62,505 bases of DNA, filler included, from Diploschistes diacapsis (GCA_023645945.1; 12 parts of 12 records of this genome joined end to end with filler, not necessarily neighbours in it); one strand, 5' to 3'. Positions 23,624 to 36,733 are shown, counted from the whole stretch's first letter. The notes: a model not told the origin generated them from the sequence alone. Program-made: numbers and translations.

Positions 23624-25249
23624 TCAGAAGCCTTCTTCACCCGCTTTACAGAGGCTGATCTCGCGGCCCCATTCGGACTTGAGCACCTGAGACGCGGTAA
23701 TACGGCGAGCGGGATTGGGGTCCAGTATGGAGTAGATGACGTTTCGACAACGAGCCTCGAGAGCCGTTAGCGAGAGCCCCAAACTGATTTTGGGAACTTT
23801 TGTAGCAGTGCTTACCCTATGCAGCGTTTCTATGGGCTGGTAGCCGTCTTCGTCCCGACGGCCTTGGAGATACCGCTCGTAGAACTCATCCTCCTCCTTC
23901 CTCGCGACCCGCCAGAGATGCCTGCCGGTTCTCATGGCCATGTAGATTACTCCCGTCGCCCAGACGTCGACAGCACGAGGATCAAACTCCTTGTCGACGT
24001 ATTCTTCTGGAGCAATGTACGGCGCGGAGCCACACAGGCCAGCGGTCATGTGTGCCTCGGTCTCCCAAGCCATCCGGAAGCACTCGCCGTTGCCGAAGTC
24101 GGTGATCTTGAGAGAGCCATGGGTCGTCAGCAAGAGGTTCTCGGGTTTCATGTCTCGATGCGCGACGCCCATTTCGTGCATGTATTCCACGCCTCGCATC
24201 ATCTGCTTGAAATAGCAATCGGCCTCTGCAACCTCGAGTTTGCCGGCAGCCAGCACAAGCGTATACAGGTCCCCTCCGGCACAGAATTCCATCACTTCAC
24301 AGTAGTCTCCCTTGGCGTCCGGTATCAGATCCAGGGTATGAATGACGTTTGGGTGCCTGAGCGAGGATGATATGCAAAACTCCGACGTCAAGCGCTTTTG
24401 GTATTTCTTTGGCGACTCCTGAGGCCGCCGACGGAACTCTTTCACCGCATATAGTTGTTCTGCTTTCGAGTCCTTGGGGTCGACCTTGTGCGATATGCGA
24501 ACGATCCCAAAAGCACCCCGACCCACAATCTCCTGGCATTTTCCGTACTTTTCGATCAGGGTAGCCGTGGAGTTTGGACCTCCCTTCTTGTCCGACGCCA
24601 GCCTGTCGCGCTCGCTCTTCAGCTGATCAACCCAACTTGACATCAGAGACAGTTGTTGATGTTCGTGGTCATCTTCCTTCCTCTTGGCGCCGACAATGTC
24701 TCTGAGCATGTTCGAGAGCTTCTCTTGTCGCTTGGTGCTCTTCAAATAGTGCTCATGCCCACCCTCGGGAAGCATATGGAACCGCGGAGGATGGGGGGCA
24801 TCCTTGTTCTGACCGGAGGGCGCGGTCTTGCGTTCGCTCCCCGCAACAGACGCAGGTTTCTCCGAGTGCGAGCTTTGCCTCGAGAGAGGCCTGCTACGAC
24901 GACCTGCGCTACTACCGTTCTGTTCCACTTCCGCGTTGCCCTCCTTTTGCTGTCCATTTTTGTCGGCTTGCTGCGCGCTGGATTTGCTAGTATTTGAAAA
25001 CATTCGGGTAAGCCGACTTGTCATCGTGGGTCTCTTCATGGAAGGAGGCGCAGGATTCGAGGCAAGCGTTGAGGGAGGATGGGAGGGATCGGCGGCGGCG
25101 GGAGGTAGCGACATGGGTTCTTCTGGGATGGTTGGTATGCTCTCTGCAGGCTTCGAGTCGCCCGAGTCCAAAGAAGATGCTGATATGGCGGGAGAAGTGA
25201 CCTGCGCAGCGGGATGCTTGACGTGCATTGGCAGATTCTGAGCTTCCAT
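23624..25249 (-). CDS. SAT4: HAL-family Ser/Thr protein kinase (Sat4/Hal4-like); 60-nt in-frame intron 23815-23756
   Basis: GRGAFG, YAVKEFRR, KRLTSEFCISSSLRHPNVI, HRDMKPEN, DFGNGECFRMAWE, GLCGSAPYIAPEE. Start ATG approximate. Confidence 0.92.
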   Translation of the reverse strand: MEAQNLPMHVKHPAAQVTSPAISASSLDSGDSKPAESIPTIPEEPMSLPPAAADPSHPPSTLASNPAPPSMKRPTMTSRLTRMFSNTSKSSAQQADKNGQQKEGNAEVEQNGSSAGRRSRPLSRQSSHSEKPASVAGSERKTAPSGQNKDAPHPPRFHMLPEGGHEHYLKSTKRQEKLSNMLRDIVGAKRKEDDHEHQQLSLMSSWVDQLKSERDRLASDKKGGPNSTATLIEKYGKCQEIVGRGAFGIVRISHKVDPKDSKAEQLYAVKEFRRRPQESPKKYQKRLTSEFCISSSLRHPNVIHTLDLIPDAKGDYCEVMEFCAGGDLYTLVLAAGKLEVAEADCYFKQMMRGVEYMHEMGVAHRDMKPENLLLTTHGSLKITDFGNGECFRMAWETEAHMTAGLCGSAPYIAPEEYVDKEFDPRAVDVWATGVIYMAMRTGRHLWRVARKEEDEFYERYLQGRRDEDGYQPIETLHRVSTATKVPKISLGLSLTALEARCRNVIYSILDPNPARRITASQVLKSEWGREISLCKAGEEGF

Positions 25250-25514
25250 CCTGAGAGATTTGTAAGGTTGTCCGGCTTTGCGCCAACAGGGGCGACAGCC
25301 TTCCAAACGGCCGCGAACGGTTTCGGACTCGAGATCAATTTTGTGCTTGAACAGGATAGATTTTGAGGCTTATTTAGCAGAGTAGAAGTAGCTTGCAAGG
25401 AGGGCCGCGTCTATGTCCCAGATCAGGCGAACGATCGCAGAGGTATCTCGCCCCGGTGTAGATTTTGCTGTTATTGCCGCAAGTTCATATGCAAGAAAAG
25501 TGGGAGAAGTGCCG

Positions 25515-26655
25515 AAGATGTTGTTGTGGTTGTTGTTGTTGTTGGGTCTGGATTTAGTCGAGATTCGAAAGCCGAATATTGCGGGTGGAGCAGGGTGGGA
25601 AATTAGAGGAAGGAAATGAGTCGACGAGGGTTCGTCTTAGCTGTGGACCAGAAAACAATTCATGGTCGGTGCGTTACCGACGTCTTCATCTGCATATTCA
25701 GATGACATTATTGCGGGCTGACAGGGTTGGAAAGGGAAAGGGGAAGGGGGTTAGAGGTAGGGCAGGGCGGAGGGAGGTAGCATCGACTGTGATGGAGCGT
25801 GAGGCTCTCAAAGGTCGATGAGTAGTAGTTGGGACGATGTGGGTTGCCGAGGCGGCGGTGCGCGTTGGCTCTGGTGAATATGAATATGAATAGGAATAAA
25901 GAATAGGAATAGGAAGAGGAAGAGGAAGAGGAAGAGGAAGGGGAATAAGTAGTAGGTAGGGGGCAGTAATAATGGGGCTTTCTCGCTCTTCTGGTCTGGG
26001 GGATCTGGACGAGTCGTCGAGGTGGGGGAGGGAAGAAGGCTTTTTTACGTTTGTCCTGTTGACCGTGATTTTTTAGTGTCAAAGCTTTGTTGGTCAGTCA
26101 CTCAGTCAGTCACTCAGTCAGTCAAAAGTCAGTCAAGTCAGTCATTTAGGCTTTATGTTGTTGTCTTGTCAGTAAAAGGTAAAAGGCCTCGCTGTCCAAC
26201 TGTCCGACACAATCCCCCACTTTCCCATCTCGTACTGATACTAACAACTATTTTGGCTATTGTTTGTTTGTATCTTCCTCCTCCTCTTCTTCCTCTGCTT
26301 CTCCTCATCCATCGCAGGATCTGACCCAAGAGCCCAAGAGGGAAGGCGTTGGAAATAAATCGCTCATACAAAAAAGTCTCCGTCGTCGGTGCCAAGCCAT
26401 TCTTTTCACCAAGTTTCCATAGACCATCGTTGTGCAATCAATTCACCCTGCTCTTCAGTCGAAGCAATTTCGATCCATTTGAGCCCTGTAGTCAAAGCTC
26501 GTGCCTGCCCGCCCTGCCTGCCCTGCCTGCCCTGCCTGCCTGCCTGCCTTTCACCGCCAGGGGGTCCAACACGCCCACTGAGCTATGCAGCGTCACCCAC
26601 TCGAGGCTGGAGCGCATTGCATGAGAGTGCTATGACCATATGCTGGCCCATGTGG

Positions 26656-26688
<33 letters not shown>

Positions 26689-26690
26689 CT
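25515..26690. repeat. Cluster of microsatellites upstream of the kinase: (TTG)n, (GAATAT/GAATAG/GAAGAG)n, (CAGT)n, (GCCCTGCCT)n, (GCTT)n
   Basis: Seen at ~25518-25545, 25877-25945, 26093-26144, 26502-26549 and 26656-26689. Confidence 0.85.
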
Positions 26691-27928
26691 TCCACGATAA
26701 TGGACCGAGGACTGGGGTCCCCCGTTATTCTGACCGTTAAAACCTGGCGCTGAATCATACATAATATTACCGGGAAAAAGTAACGCCGTACGCCCAAATG
26801 TTTTTCCAAATTACCACTGTCCCTTGTCCCTTCCCTTCTTCACCTAATTATGAATTATGAATGTGCATTTTGCGTGCAAAAGGGCTCGCACAAAAAGGAG
26901 GTGATAGAGAGCGGGTTGGTCCGGAATAACCACTGCCGAAGAGGGGTCGTGCTAAAACCGTTGCATTGCATGCCATGCCCCCTTTAAACTCGAGCTTTCA
27001 AGCAAATGCCTATGCCAATAATGCCAGCTCCGCTATCCTCTCCCACCGGTATATGCAAAGCTTCCAATACCAAACCGGCGAGCCCCCCCCCCCCGTCGTA
27101 TATGTAGCGCGTGGCTCGGCTTTGCATCGATGTCGATGTGCAGACTGGTAGTCGGCCAGACACCGAATCAGGTGTCAAAAACATGCCACTGCAAGCCCTT
27201 CGTCCTTTCTCTAGCCTTGCATCGTAGCCTCCGACACTTCCCCCATTCAGTTCCGAACCATGACGACGGCCAAACCCGTCAGCAGTACCCCGTTCCGACC
27301 GACTTGATTGGGCCGGGGATTCCCATAATAGGCTTCCGTATGCTATCCCGTTATGGGCATGCAGATAGATATCTATGTAGCTCCCTTGTGAGAGTGGAGT
27401 ACAGAGACGGACTGTGGCGGGGGCAATGTTGCACAAGATAACGAAACGCAGCACGCCACTTGTTGACAATCCGATTGTTCTAGAAGTCAGACGAGAGAAG
27501 GTCTGGCAAGCGATATGCATTTGTGGTACTCTTTACTTGGGTATCGGATTTCGTTCGACACCTTATTGGGGAAGAGAAACAACAACTTCCTTCTCCCAAG
27601 GTTTGATACCACAGCTTATCAAGCAAAATCAGGAAGAGGCAACCGGAAACGCAAAACCATCATTCAGCTGCTAGCTCGCCTTATACTACTCACGGCCACT
27701 AATGCAACGACGCCATATATATACATAAGCTTGAAGCCTAGTTGAGAAGATTTGTTGACGCGTATGTTACGCGTCTTGTTCGCGTAGATCATTTACTATT
27801 CGCAGATCAATCGCTCGACAATAAAAAATAAAAAAGCTATGTAAGCAATCAATCACACCGCAGACTTCCCGTTCGAAAAGACCAACAAAAACAGGTATAG
27901 AAGTGACGAGATGGCGCTTCCAGCCATG

Positions 27929-30136
27929 TCAAACTACTATGAATTCATAGCTTGGAAACTCCATGTTGGCATCCTTCATCAGATAAAACTTCTCTTCGAC
28001 CGAGTCCTTCTTTCGTTGCTCGTCGGAGATATACCTGATGGTCCGTTCGCCACCATTGAAGACACCAAACCGCTCAAAGTGTCCACGGGACTTTCCGGTT
28101 GCACAGAGGATGAGACCTTGGCACCATTCCTCTACCAGATTTATGGAGAAAGGGACACAAAAGAAGTCATCCTTTGCTAAATCTTCGGGAACAAATATCA
28201 GCGTAGATGTAGCCAAGCCCTTGGAGAGTGTCCTCATCCTGAGGATACTGCATTGTGAATTCGAGGATAAACGGGTTCATAGCCTTGTGCTCAAAGCCAT
28301 CTGTGAAAGCCATCAAGACTGGTATCAAACGACCACGCATTCGCAAGCTTCCGTCTTGGATTCTACCAGTCTCGATCTCACCTGCTACCAAAGAGACTTG
28401 AACGTCGAGAACCTCGGCCAGAACAGTGTCAAGTATAGGCCGCTGCTCGTCCCTCCAACCTTGCCACGTCTTGCAGATGTTAGGAGAAAACGTTGAGACC
28501 ACGGGACCGTCAACAGATGCCCATGACCAGGTGGGTGCTCGATATTCTGGCGGTCTTTGCGCGCCCTTCTCTGTGAACCATAGCAGTTGTCCGAGCATGT
28601 GTTCCTCCCACATTCCTGCAACATAGCGCGACTGGGTGGTCTTTTGGTACTCTTGAGCGACCCCAGAGATGGCAGGAAATTTATCCGATGAAAATGACAA
28701 TGCAAGACCACTGTATGCGCTAACAATATGCCCCCAGTTCAGGAAAGCGATAGGAAATGCCTCGTCTCCTTGTTTTCCCCATTCGTAGTATAGTAGAGGT
28801 TGCTTCATGCGCTTCGACTGACTCATAAAGTCAGCCATGTATCGTAGGTGCTTTGGAAGGCCTATGGGGTAACTTTCGCAACATTTGTCTTTTGAGCACT
28901 CAAAGAAGACCTGACTAGCACCAAAATGGAGGGTTCTTCTGGCTAACAAATATTCCTGGAAAACCCAGGCTCTCTCGGAAAGAGGCGCATCCTGAATCGC
29001 CTCAAGCCAGAAGCAACCGTCCCCGGTTAGCATGAAGAGTCCTGTAGGTATGTTGTTGACCCCAGATGTTCGCTTGGCTACTTGCTGATACAATGGCTCC
29101 GAGCCTTCAATTTCCAAGCATTATATCCTTGGCTTTTCTGGCGCGAAAGATGCCCTCGGAACCATTTCTGGACGCGGTAGCCGTAATATTGCATATGGAA
29201 CTCATATAAACTTTCCCCATAATTGCTGACTCTGCTTGCCAGTCGCGCAATGAGTCCTGTACAATGCACAGACAGTCAATCCAAATATATTCAATGTCGG
29301 TCGCTCGCTACACCTCTATGGCTTCCTGAAACGTTCTCGAGAGCTTGTGGAAAGGTATAATGGCCCGAAGCTCCTCAATATCGGTGGTAAGCAGTTTGAA
29401 GATTTCTATCGCGCCCCAACAATGACTTAATGAAAAATACATAACATCATCAGGAATGTCATCCCCAATTACAAGACGAAGTACTGGCTCATTGCTGGTT
29501 CCGATATGTACTAAGCGGGGGGGGTGCCATGTGCGCAGCTCTGACGCAGGAAAACAGCCGGGATGGTCGAGGGGACAAGTTGTTAGCCATGAAGTGGCCA
29601 GCTCCAGGGTTGACCGATCACTAGTGTTGTTAGAAGGCCATACTTCGAGCGACTGATACGGTAACGCTTTTTTTGCGATCTGAAGTTCTGAATGTTGGCC
29701 CAGAGCTTGTTGAGCATCGAGCCGACCGATTCTCGCGGGATGAACCACCGCATAGGTAAGATAGAGATGTGCTTTGAAGTCCGTCGTGGCATGCTCAAGC
29801 TCGTTCGATGAACTGAAGACTAGTTCAAGGTACCAAAGGCCGTTATTGTCTGGCTCATCGTTGGCCGCTAGGTTAATTTTGTGCTAGGAGAAGCTCCTCG
29901 TCTGTTTTGCCGGACGAATCGCCATTGCAACTAAGCGAACTTCTTTCGCATTTAGTCCATACGGCCTGACAGAAAAGACAGCCAGCCTCAGCTGACAACC
30001 GTAGTTCCCTAACCGTCTCGTAGTGCTTTCTTTTCCTGTTCGGAATCAAGTTTAACGCTGATGCTGGCGATGGAGACTGAACTTGGTCTTCTTGGAAGAC
30101 ACCGAAGCACCTGCACACGTCGCAGATGGTGCCCAT
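27929..30136 (-). pseudogene. HET-domain (PF06985-type) heterokaryon-incompatibility protein pseudogene
   Basis: N-terminal CDVC...SAEAGCLFC; WLTTC..DHPGC, PPRLV, YFSLSHCWG, TFQEAI, YIWIDCLCIVQD, DWQAESAIMGKVY, PLSERAWVFQE, RAPTWSWASVDG. In-frame TAG at 29308-29310 and frameshifts near 29885, 29118 and 28200. Confidence 0.88.
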
Positions 30137-33086
30137 ACTGGCTAGTAGACGAGGAGTTCCATTCTAGCACTCTGGAATGACATGCTTGTATGTTCATACC
30201 GCATGCGATGGCCATCCTCGAAATTCTAGCATTGGCGCGACAGGAGAATAGCGAGCATACATCATACTTCATAGTCAAGGCGAATGCTTTGAGGTCCAAA
30301 CGCAGAAGGCACCACCAGAGGAACTGCTTGGCGCTCATGCTTATTAATAATAATCTTACACACCAAATCCGAAGGAGAGCTTCAAGTATCTTAGGTTCAT
30401 TGCATAGTTGATCAATTCACGGACTTTTTGTCGCCACCAGCCTTGTGAAGCCTTGCCTGCTCCGTGTTAAAAGTTCACCGCAGGCACCTGAGCGCTACCC
30501 TGAGGGAGCTTGAATCTCACCCGACCGCAGTATGCCTTCACCCCTAATGGATAGCACGAGCCGCATGAGTACAATATTGATGAACACGGTTTCATTTCAT
30601 TCGCTTAAAGCCTCGAAAAGTCACTGCAAAAGCCAATTTACATTTTCGAAAATTTGCTTCAAAACCGTCTCTAATAGCTGCTCGAAACCCCTTTTCAGCG
30701 ACTCCTATTAATGATCTAGATATTCTTTCACAAGCTTCGAAACAGAGCTCAGGATACTGTCCGAAGGAGCTGTTGTTCGCCACGGCTAGACCTATAGGGC
30801 TGGAATCATCAGCACGTGAGCGAGCTGTTAAGGCTAGCTTTCTAGCGTCTTTGGGCTTCCAGCATGTTTTGCGCAAATCCTCTACTATTTTAGCACAAAA
30901 GTACTTTTAAGACATATTACAGACCAATCCACTCAATCGAACGCGTTCACAGATCAATTGAGCGCCCTCTCACATGTGGCCCACGGATGACATGGACGGA
31001 CATACAGTGACTCACTTGAGTAAAGCAGGATTCATTGAGGGTGCTAGTGAGGGTCAGTTCTTCGATACAGGCACGGCCCTGAGGGGGATAATCATCCTGG
31101 TGTCTAGGCCGAATCAACCTTCACTGTGTCTTGATCAGGCGCTTTGCATCAGCCGGGCCGTCAGTTGGTCGCCCAACTTGCATCACATCATGCTCCCCTA
31201 GCTTCAAAACTAGCTGAATGGGTGCAGCACCAAAGGAGCTTGAGAGGATGCTCGCATAAAGGCGAGCGTTCGCCTTGGAGGCGGAAGACGTTGTCGAATA
31301 ATCCTCCTTGCTGCCACAAATCCAAACCGACGCTCACACTTTGTTGCTAAGAAGGCTGAGGCAGAATTCTTTCTTCATTGACCAACGTACACGAGGGTTC
31401 GGCTTATGCCAAGTTTTCTACATCACCATGTTTGGCACGCAGCCAATACCATGATGATCGCTTGTGTATCAGCATCCAAGGCCCACTCACACAGGTCACA
31501 GAACAATAATCGAGCCGTTAGCCTTATGAGCTCCCAGCTTTGGATCGCTCGCACCTGGCGAGAGGGCGCAGAGAGGGCGCGCTTGCAATGTGGCAAAGCT
31601 TTTCAATCGGCGGTCATCCTATGGTGTCAGATTCGCAGCATTGGAGGATTGGATCGAGGCTGACCTTAGTGAAGGATAGCAACTTAGCCTTGACACTAGA
31701 ATAAGCAATAAGCAAGTGTGGGCTGCAGACAACTCCCCTGTCGCATGATCCGCTGTAGGACAGCTTAGCTGACTCTGTCTACTAGAATTACTGGACCCCA
31801 ATTTTGCTCTGGAAACATCGATGCTGCTCGCCGGAGTAACCTGGTATTACTAGAGGCTGGAGCACGACACTGTATCTTCATGACCACAAAACAGCTCAAA
31901 TGATTCTTCAGATCTATCATAAAATCAATCCAAAAACTCTGGGAGAGCTTCAGGCATCTCAGATCTGTGTTGTAATTGACCAGAAGCATCTCGAGCTTTT
32001 CTGTGGGCTTAAAATGGTACTGGATGTGCAAGTTATTCGTTAATGTTGCCTGCCTACTAATGTGAGTTGTGACTGAAGAGCTTTGTGGGGTATGCCCGCC
32101 AGTCAGCCTCGATGTAGCCTTGGCAGCAGTCTACCTCAAATATCAGAATGCGAGATGTTCGCCTCTGCTGCCAGCTCACGGTTTGCAAGTACGCAAAATG
32201 CTGATCTTCCTCATCAAGCGGATTCTGTCCGGTCTCGCACTCCGCGCTATGCTAGATGATTGGACCTTGTGTGTTCACAGAACCTTGCAACAACTATCCG
32301 CTACCCATGCGGGAGAACGCTCTAAAGTCCAGTCTTTTTTCCCGAGCCTCCTTAGTCGGGCGTCAAACTTATCATTCTCACCAGCTATGCGTCAGTAGTC
32401 AATTTTTGCTTGGAGATTGCAAAATTGCCTCCTCCCAGCCTGTTCCTTTATGCAAGGCTGTCCCTAGAATACTTGTGATGCCTTAGAGGACTTCTCGAAC
32501 ACTCAATTAACTTTCTTCTTCTCTGCATCAGCTTGTAAATGTGAGTAAATCCAAGCACTGAATCTCCTCTGTGTCGCTCTATCTCATTTGCCATTCTGCC
32601 GTTGGGCGTTTTCTGTGACTCGAACGTTGCCTCATAAATGGCACGCGAGACACGGTACTACTTGTTAGATCTTCTATAGTTGGGAAGTAGATTTTGCCTG
32701 CGTTCTATGCTGGGACGAGGTTATAAGAGCGAGGTCTGCTCTTCTATGCTCTCTACAAGCGTCCTTATATAATTGAACCTGTCTCGATTTCTTGAAGCTC
32801 TCAGTACCTGTTACCTAGAACATCTATTGTTCCACTTGGCCGCATATGAATCAGCCTTGTCGATCGCCCCTTCGGCCATCCTAGGAGCTCATCCCGGTGT
32901 TCCCGGGCTTTGGATAAGATTAGGCTTTATATTGCTTTACATTCTACGTTCTTTAGATTCCGCTGCGAGAAAATCGCCCGACCGGGAGCCTTTGACCCAT
33001 TCCGAATGTTTCGTTGGGAAGAGCCCTTCCTACAATCGGCATCCTTGATGCTAGGATAATTCACGCATCATCCTAGCTGGATCAAT

Positions 33087-36000
33087 ATGTCTTGGAATCC
33101 GTCTGCCCGAGGACACCATAACACCAAGGATGATGCTGTGCAGAATGTGAGGCCAATCTCTTCAACGACTGACCCGCCTGACATTTGCTTTAGCAACGAG
33201 TTTTTGGGCCAAGTCGATCTAACACTATTTCGAGCTCCGACTCTCATTCCAGTGGGAACACAGAATCTTCCATGTCATCGTCTGGCCTTATACAAGGCAT
33301 CGACAGCTGTGACGCTCGGCAAGCGCAGCAAAGCGGCGCTTGTGCATCTTTCGTGCCGTACATTGCTCCTTGCCTTTCCGCTCCATACTCCGAATGGACT
33401 CCTCCAGCCTTCTCAAGGGAGAGGCCATTGCTGCAACACGGCCCAGAACAACAAGCTCAGACTTCGTCATACCGACAGCCTATGCCACCGTTCGGGAACC
33501 ATATAATCCAGGAACCAGGCAAAGAGACCGTCCAGGGAAGCGAGAATATTTGCAATGAACCAAATTGCACCAATAGGACACCCTTCACGCGATTCTCGGA
33601 TCTTAAGAGGCATCAAAAAAATCATTCCCACGAAGGCCCAGAATGGCACTGCGGATGTTGCAGAAATTCGGGACGTGAGAACGTATACACCACGCGCCGA
33701 AAGGATCATATGAAACAGCACTTGCGGAAGAAACATTCAGCTACTGGGGACCTCACGAATCGCAGATTATGTCTGTGCAATGATGGTATCCACCTTGTTT
33801 TCGTTTCCCGGCCTTGCCTTTTGCTGCATAAGCGGGACTACTATGTGCTCACTGAATCCGAGCAAAGCGAGCTCGACGGTATGTAGAGGAGTCTATCGCT
33901 TATGAATTGGTTAACGATAATAGCTGCACTCCAGGCAGTTTCACTAGCACTGGGGAATATGAATGATTGTCTGCGCTCTCATATGCCCCTTGCGCCCTCC
34001 AAGCGAATAAAATGCAGCCTTGACATTAATTTTACAGACAGCAGAGACGATGACCAGGAAATCACTGGAGCACAACCATATACCGAATCTGATCGCCTGA
34101 ACCAGATCCAAGAGATCACAGGTTCCCCTCCTGCGGCCTTAGCTGGCATAGGCGACTGCTTCGAGAGCAAAGAAATTGACCTCGTGTCCATTTCTGACCT
34201 AGACTTGTCGCAGGTTCCTACTCTACCTGCTCTAGCATCCACTCCCGATATTCAGTTTCCCCTTGAAGAGGACTGCAAACTTACTTCATTGCAGATTGAG
34301 AATGTCCAGGCTGTGTATTTATTGACAGGTATCAAAAGTAAGCCGGTTCTCGTCTAGGTTGAGTCTCACTTACATCCAATAGTTTTCGAACAAATAGAAT
34401 CCGCGCTTATTGCCGTAACGAGCTCACTGGCTTACGGGATGGCTGCCGAAGACGCGTACATATCGTATAATTTCGGGAAGCAAATTTTGAATCTTCACGG
34501 GCCCAGGGTCGAGGTTGGAAAAGCTAGGGAAAAGGCGTCGAAGGCACTTGCGGACCTCCGAAAAAAATGTTCTCTTGATGATATACACAAACAATGTGTT
34601 TTAGGCAAGCGACCCGTGCCGGGAAACGCCACAAGGACCTTCTCTCTAAGACAAAAGGAAGATGAGGGCTTCATCTCGATCTGGGAGAACAGCATCCTGC
34701 CCTTACTGTCGAGAATCCTCCGACCTTTGGTTGGTACAGACTATAGTGCCTGTTTTACTAGAAAGGGCGTGGAGGAGCGAACGGCAACTCCCTGCATAGA
34801 GATTGAGTCTCCTGAAATACCATCCAAGTCTGACAAGAAGGAGATCAAAACGGAGATTGAAAAGCTTCTCCACGACAAACTATGGTTCACGATGCCCAAA
34901 TTACATTTTTGCAAAGGACGAATGGCATATTTAGCCGCTAAAGACTATCTTGAAGATGAAGAAGATGAAGATGAAGAAGATGATGATGACTTTTTTGAAC
35001 CGGAGAAACACTACTGGAAAGAAGTTGGAATGAGTGCATCCATTGGTCTTATGGGAGCCCGCAGTGTTTCCGCCACAAGTGGTGGATACATCTTTGTCGA
35101 TGGTAAACGCTACCTCTTATTGGTAGACCACTTCATTCAAAAATCTCTTAGTCGCATGGATGGGCAATCGGGAGATGATTTGATTCTTACCTCGCCTTCT
35201 CTGGCCGATGTTCGACAGGGACGCCATCATCATGAGAAGATCGCTGGCAAGTATGAAGCAGTATCAAGGACGGTTTTCAACGTTGGGAAAAAGGACATCA
35301 GCCTCCAGGATATTAGGAAATTTTTGAAAGATAGGTGTCTCCAGAAAATACTGGAAAAACATACAGGAGATGACATTCACAAATTCATTCAATCAAGGTT
35401 CCACCTCGAGGAAGTGGGCAAGGATAAAGGTGACGAGAATTTCTTGTTAGGAGAAATCACCCACAGATGCTCTGACGGCGGGCGCTCAACCACTCGCTTG
35501 TCTGTACACCCAAAACCAGGGGTAAACGGCAAAAACTTCATAAAAATGGACTGGGCTCTTGGCGCCGTTACGGCGGTCGGTAGAGTGGGAGAGAACAGAC
35601 ACCGATACCGGCAGTCATCCGAGAATCCAGATCAGCTTGACTATACTAGCAAGAGTCCCGGAAGTTGGTGCCAATACACTTGCGCGCTAGAACCTGGTGC
35701 AAAGGTCCAATACGTTGGCCGAACGAGCGGCCTTCGGCAAGGGGAGATCAGTGCCACTCGAATGCTTGTCGTTAAGGACAAGGTCGAAACGAGCGAGTGG
35801 TACATGATTCCTCAAGGGGAAGAAAAGGTAGATGAAGATGTTTGTGCGGGAGACTCAGGCGCTTGGGTTGTTAAGAGTACCAACAAGCATCTCATGGCCC
35901 AGTTGTGGGGTAATGCGCGAGGGATGCTCCTCGTCAGCCCGATTGAAGAAGTCTTCAAAGATATCAGAGAAGTCACCCATGCTAAAGAGGTTAGCCTTCT

Positions 36001-36733
36001 TCGTTCTTATAAGCCCTGTACCGGATCCAATGCCGTCTCTTACACCGACATCTGCGAAGACGAAGAGAGCAGACCAGGGCAGCGGGTTAGGAGATTTAGG
36101 AGATCAAAGGTTACAACTCTCACCCCCCTTCGCCTTCTCCTCAAGAATCTGGAAGAAACTCTACCCCAGCCTCTTATCGCAACAAGCGAGAACACCACAC
36201 AAGAACAAGCAACTACGGAAACTTCGTCCCTTGAAGCTTCTCTCCAGCTCCCACCAATCTCCTCGCCTGTCCCAAGCCTCGTCTCCTCCTCCAGCAGTTC
36301 TCTCGGGCGCGGAACCCCATCACCAAGCTCCCTCAGCGGCAGATGCAGCCCGTCGACGCCCGTCCAGCGTGACATGTCCGGGCCCTTCCCACGAATTCTG
36401 GACCCCTCGTCGCCACCCTTAATTCTAAGCGGCGACAACCCTCCACAGCTCTCGCAAGAGCCCGAAAACGATCAACAGCTCTTCCACAAACCGCCGCGCG
36501 AGGCACCCCCTGTTACTACGTCCATGCCAACGAAGAAAAAGAAGCACTCGGTCCAGTACCTTCTCCGCGACACCATGCCCTCGGAGACCGACGTCGTCCG
36601 CGCCGTCACGGGCGGCGCCCTCGCCGCGCCCAGACCCCTCCGCCCGCTCAGCAAGTCCAGCACGTTCCCCATGCTCGACGCTTGCAACATGGCTGCCGCG
36701 CTGCCACCCGCTTTCGCGACGAGGGCGTTCTAG
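33087..36733 (+). CDS. C2H2 zinc-finger / trypsin-fold serine protease (Ssy5/S64-like) fusion protein, ~1169 aa; exons 33087-33146, 33194-33878, 33924-34337, 34383-36733
   Basis: Three short GT..AG introns (47, 45, 45 nt) join four ORFs in frame. Zinc fingers CNEPNC..FTRFSDLKRHQKNH and CGCC..RKDHMKQHLRKKH. Protease triad LLLVDH (His 35129), MDWAL (Asp 35549), CAGDSGAWV (Ser 35855), plus VGRTSG. Confidence 0.8.

Noticed and set aside
30560..32500. Short ORFs and AT-leaning segments between the HET gene and the zinc-finger/protease gene
   Set aside because: No motifs, splice structure or clear terminal repeats found; possibly old transposon debris.
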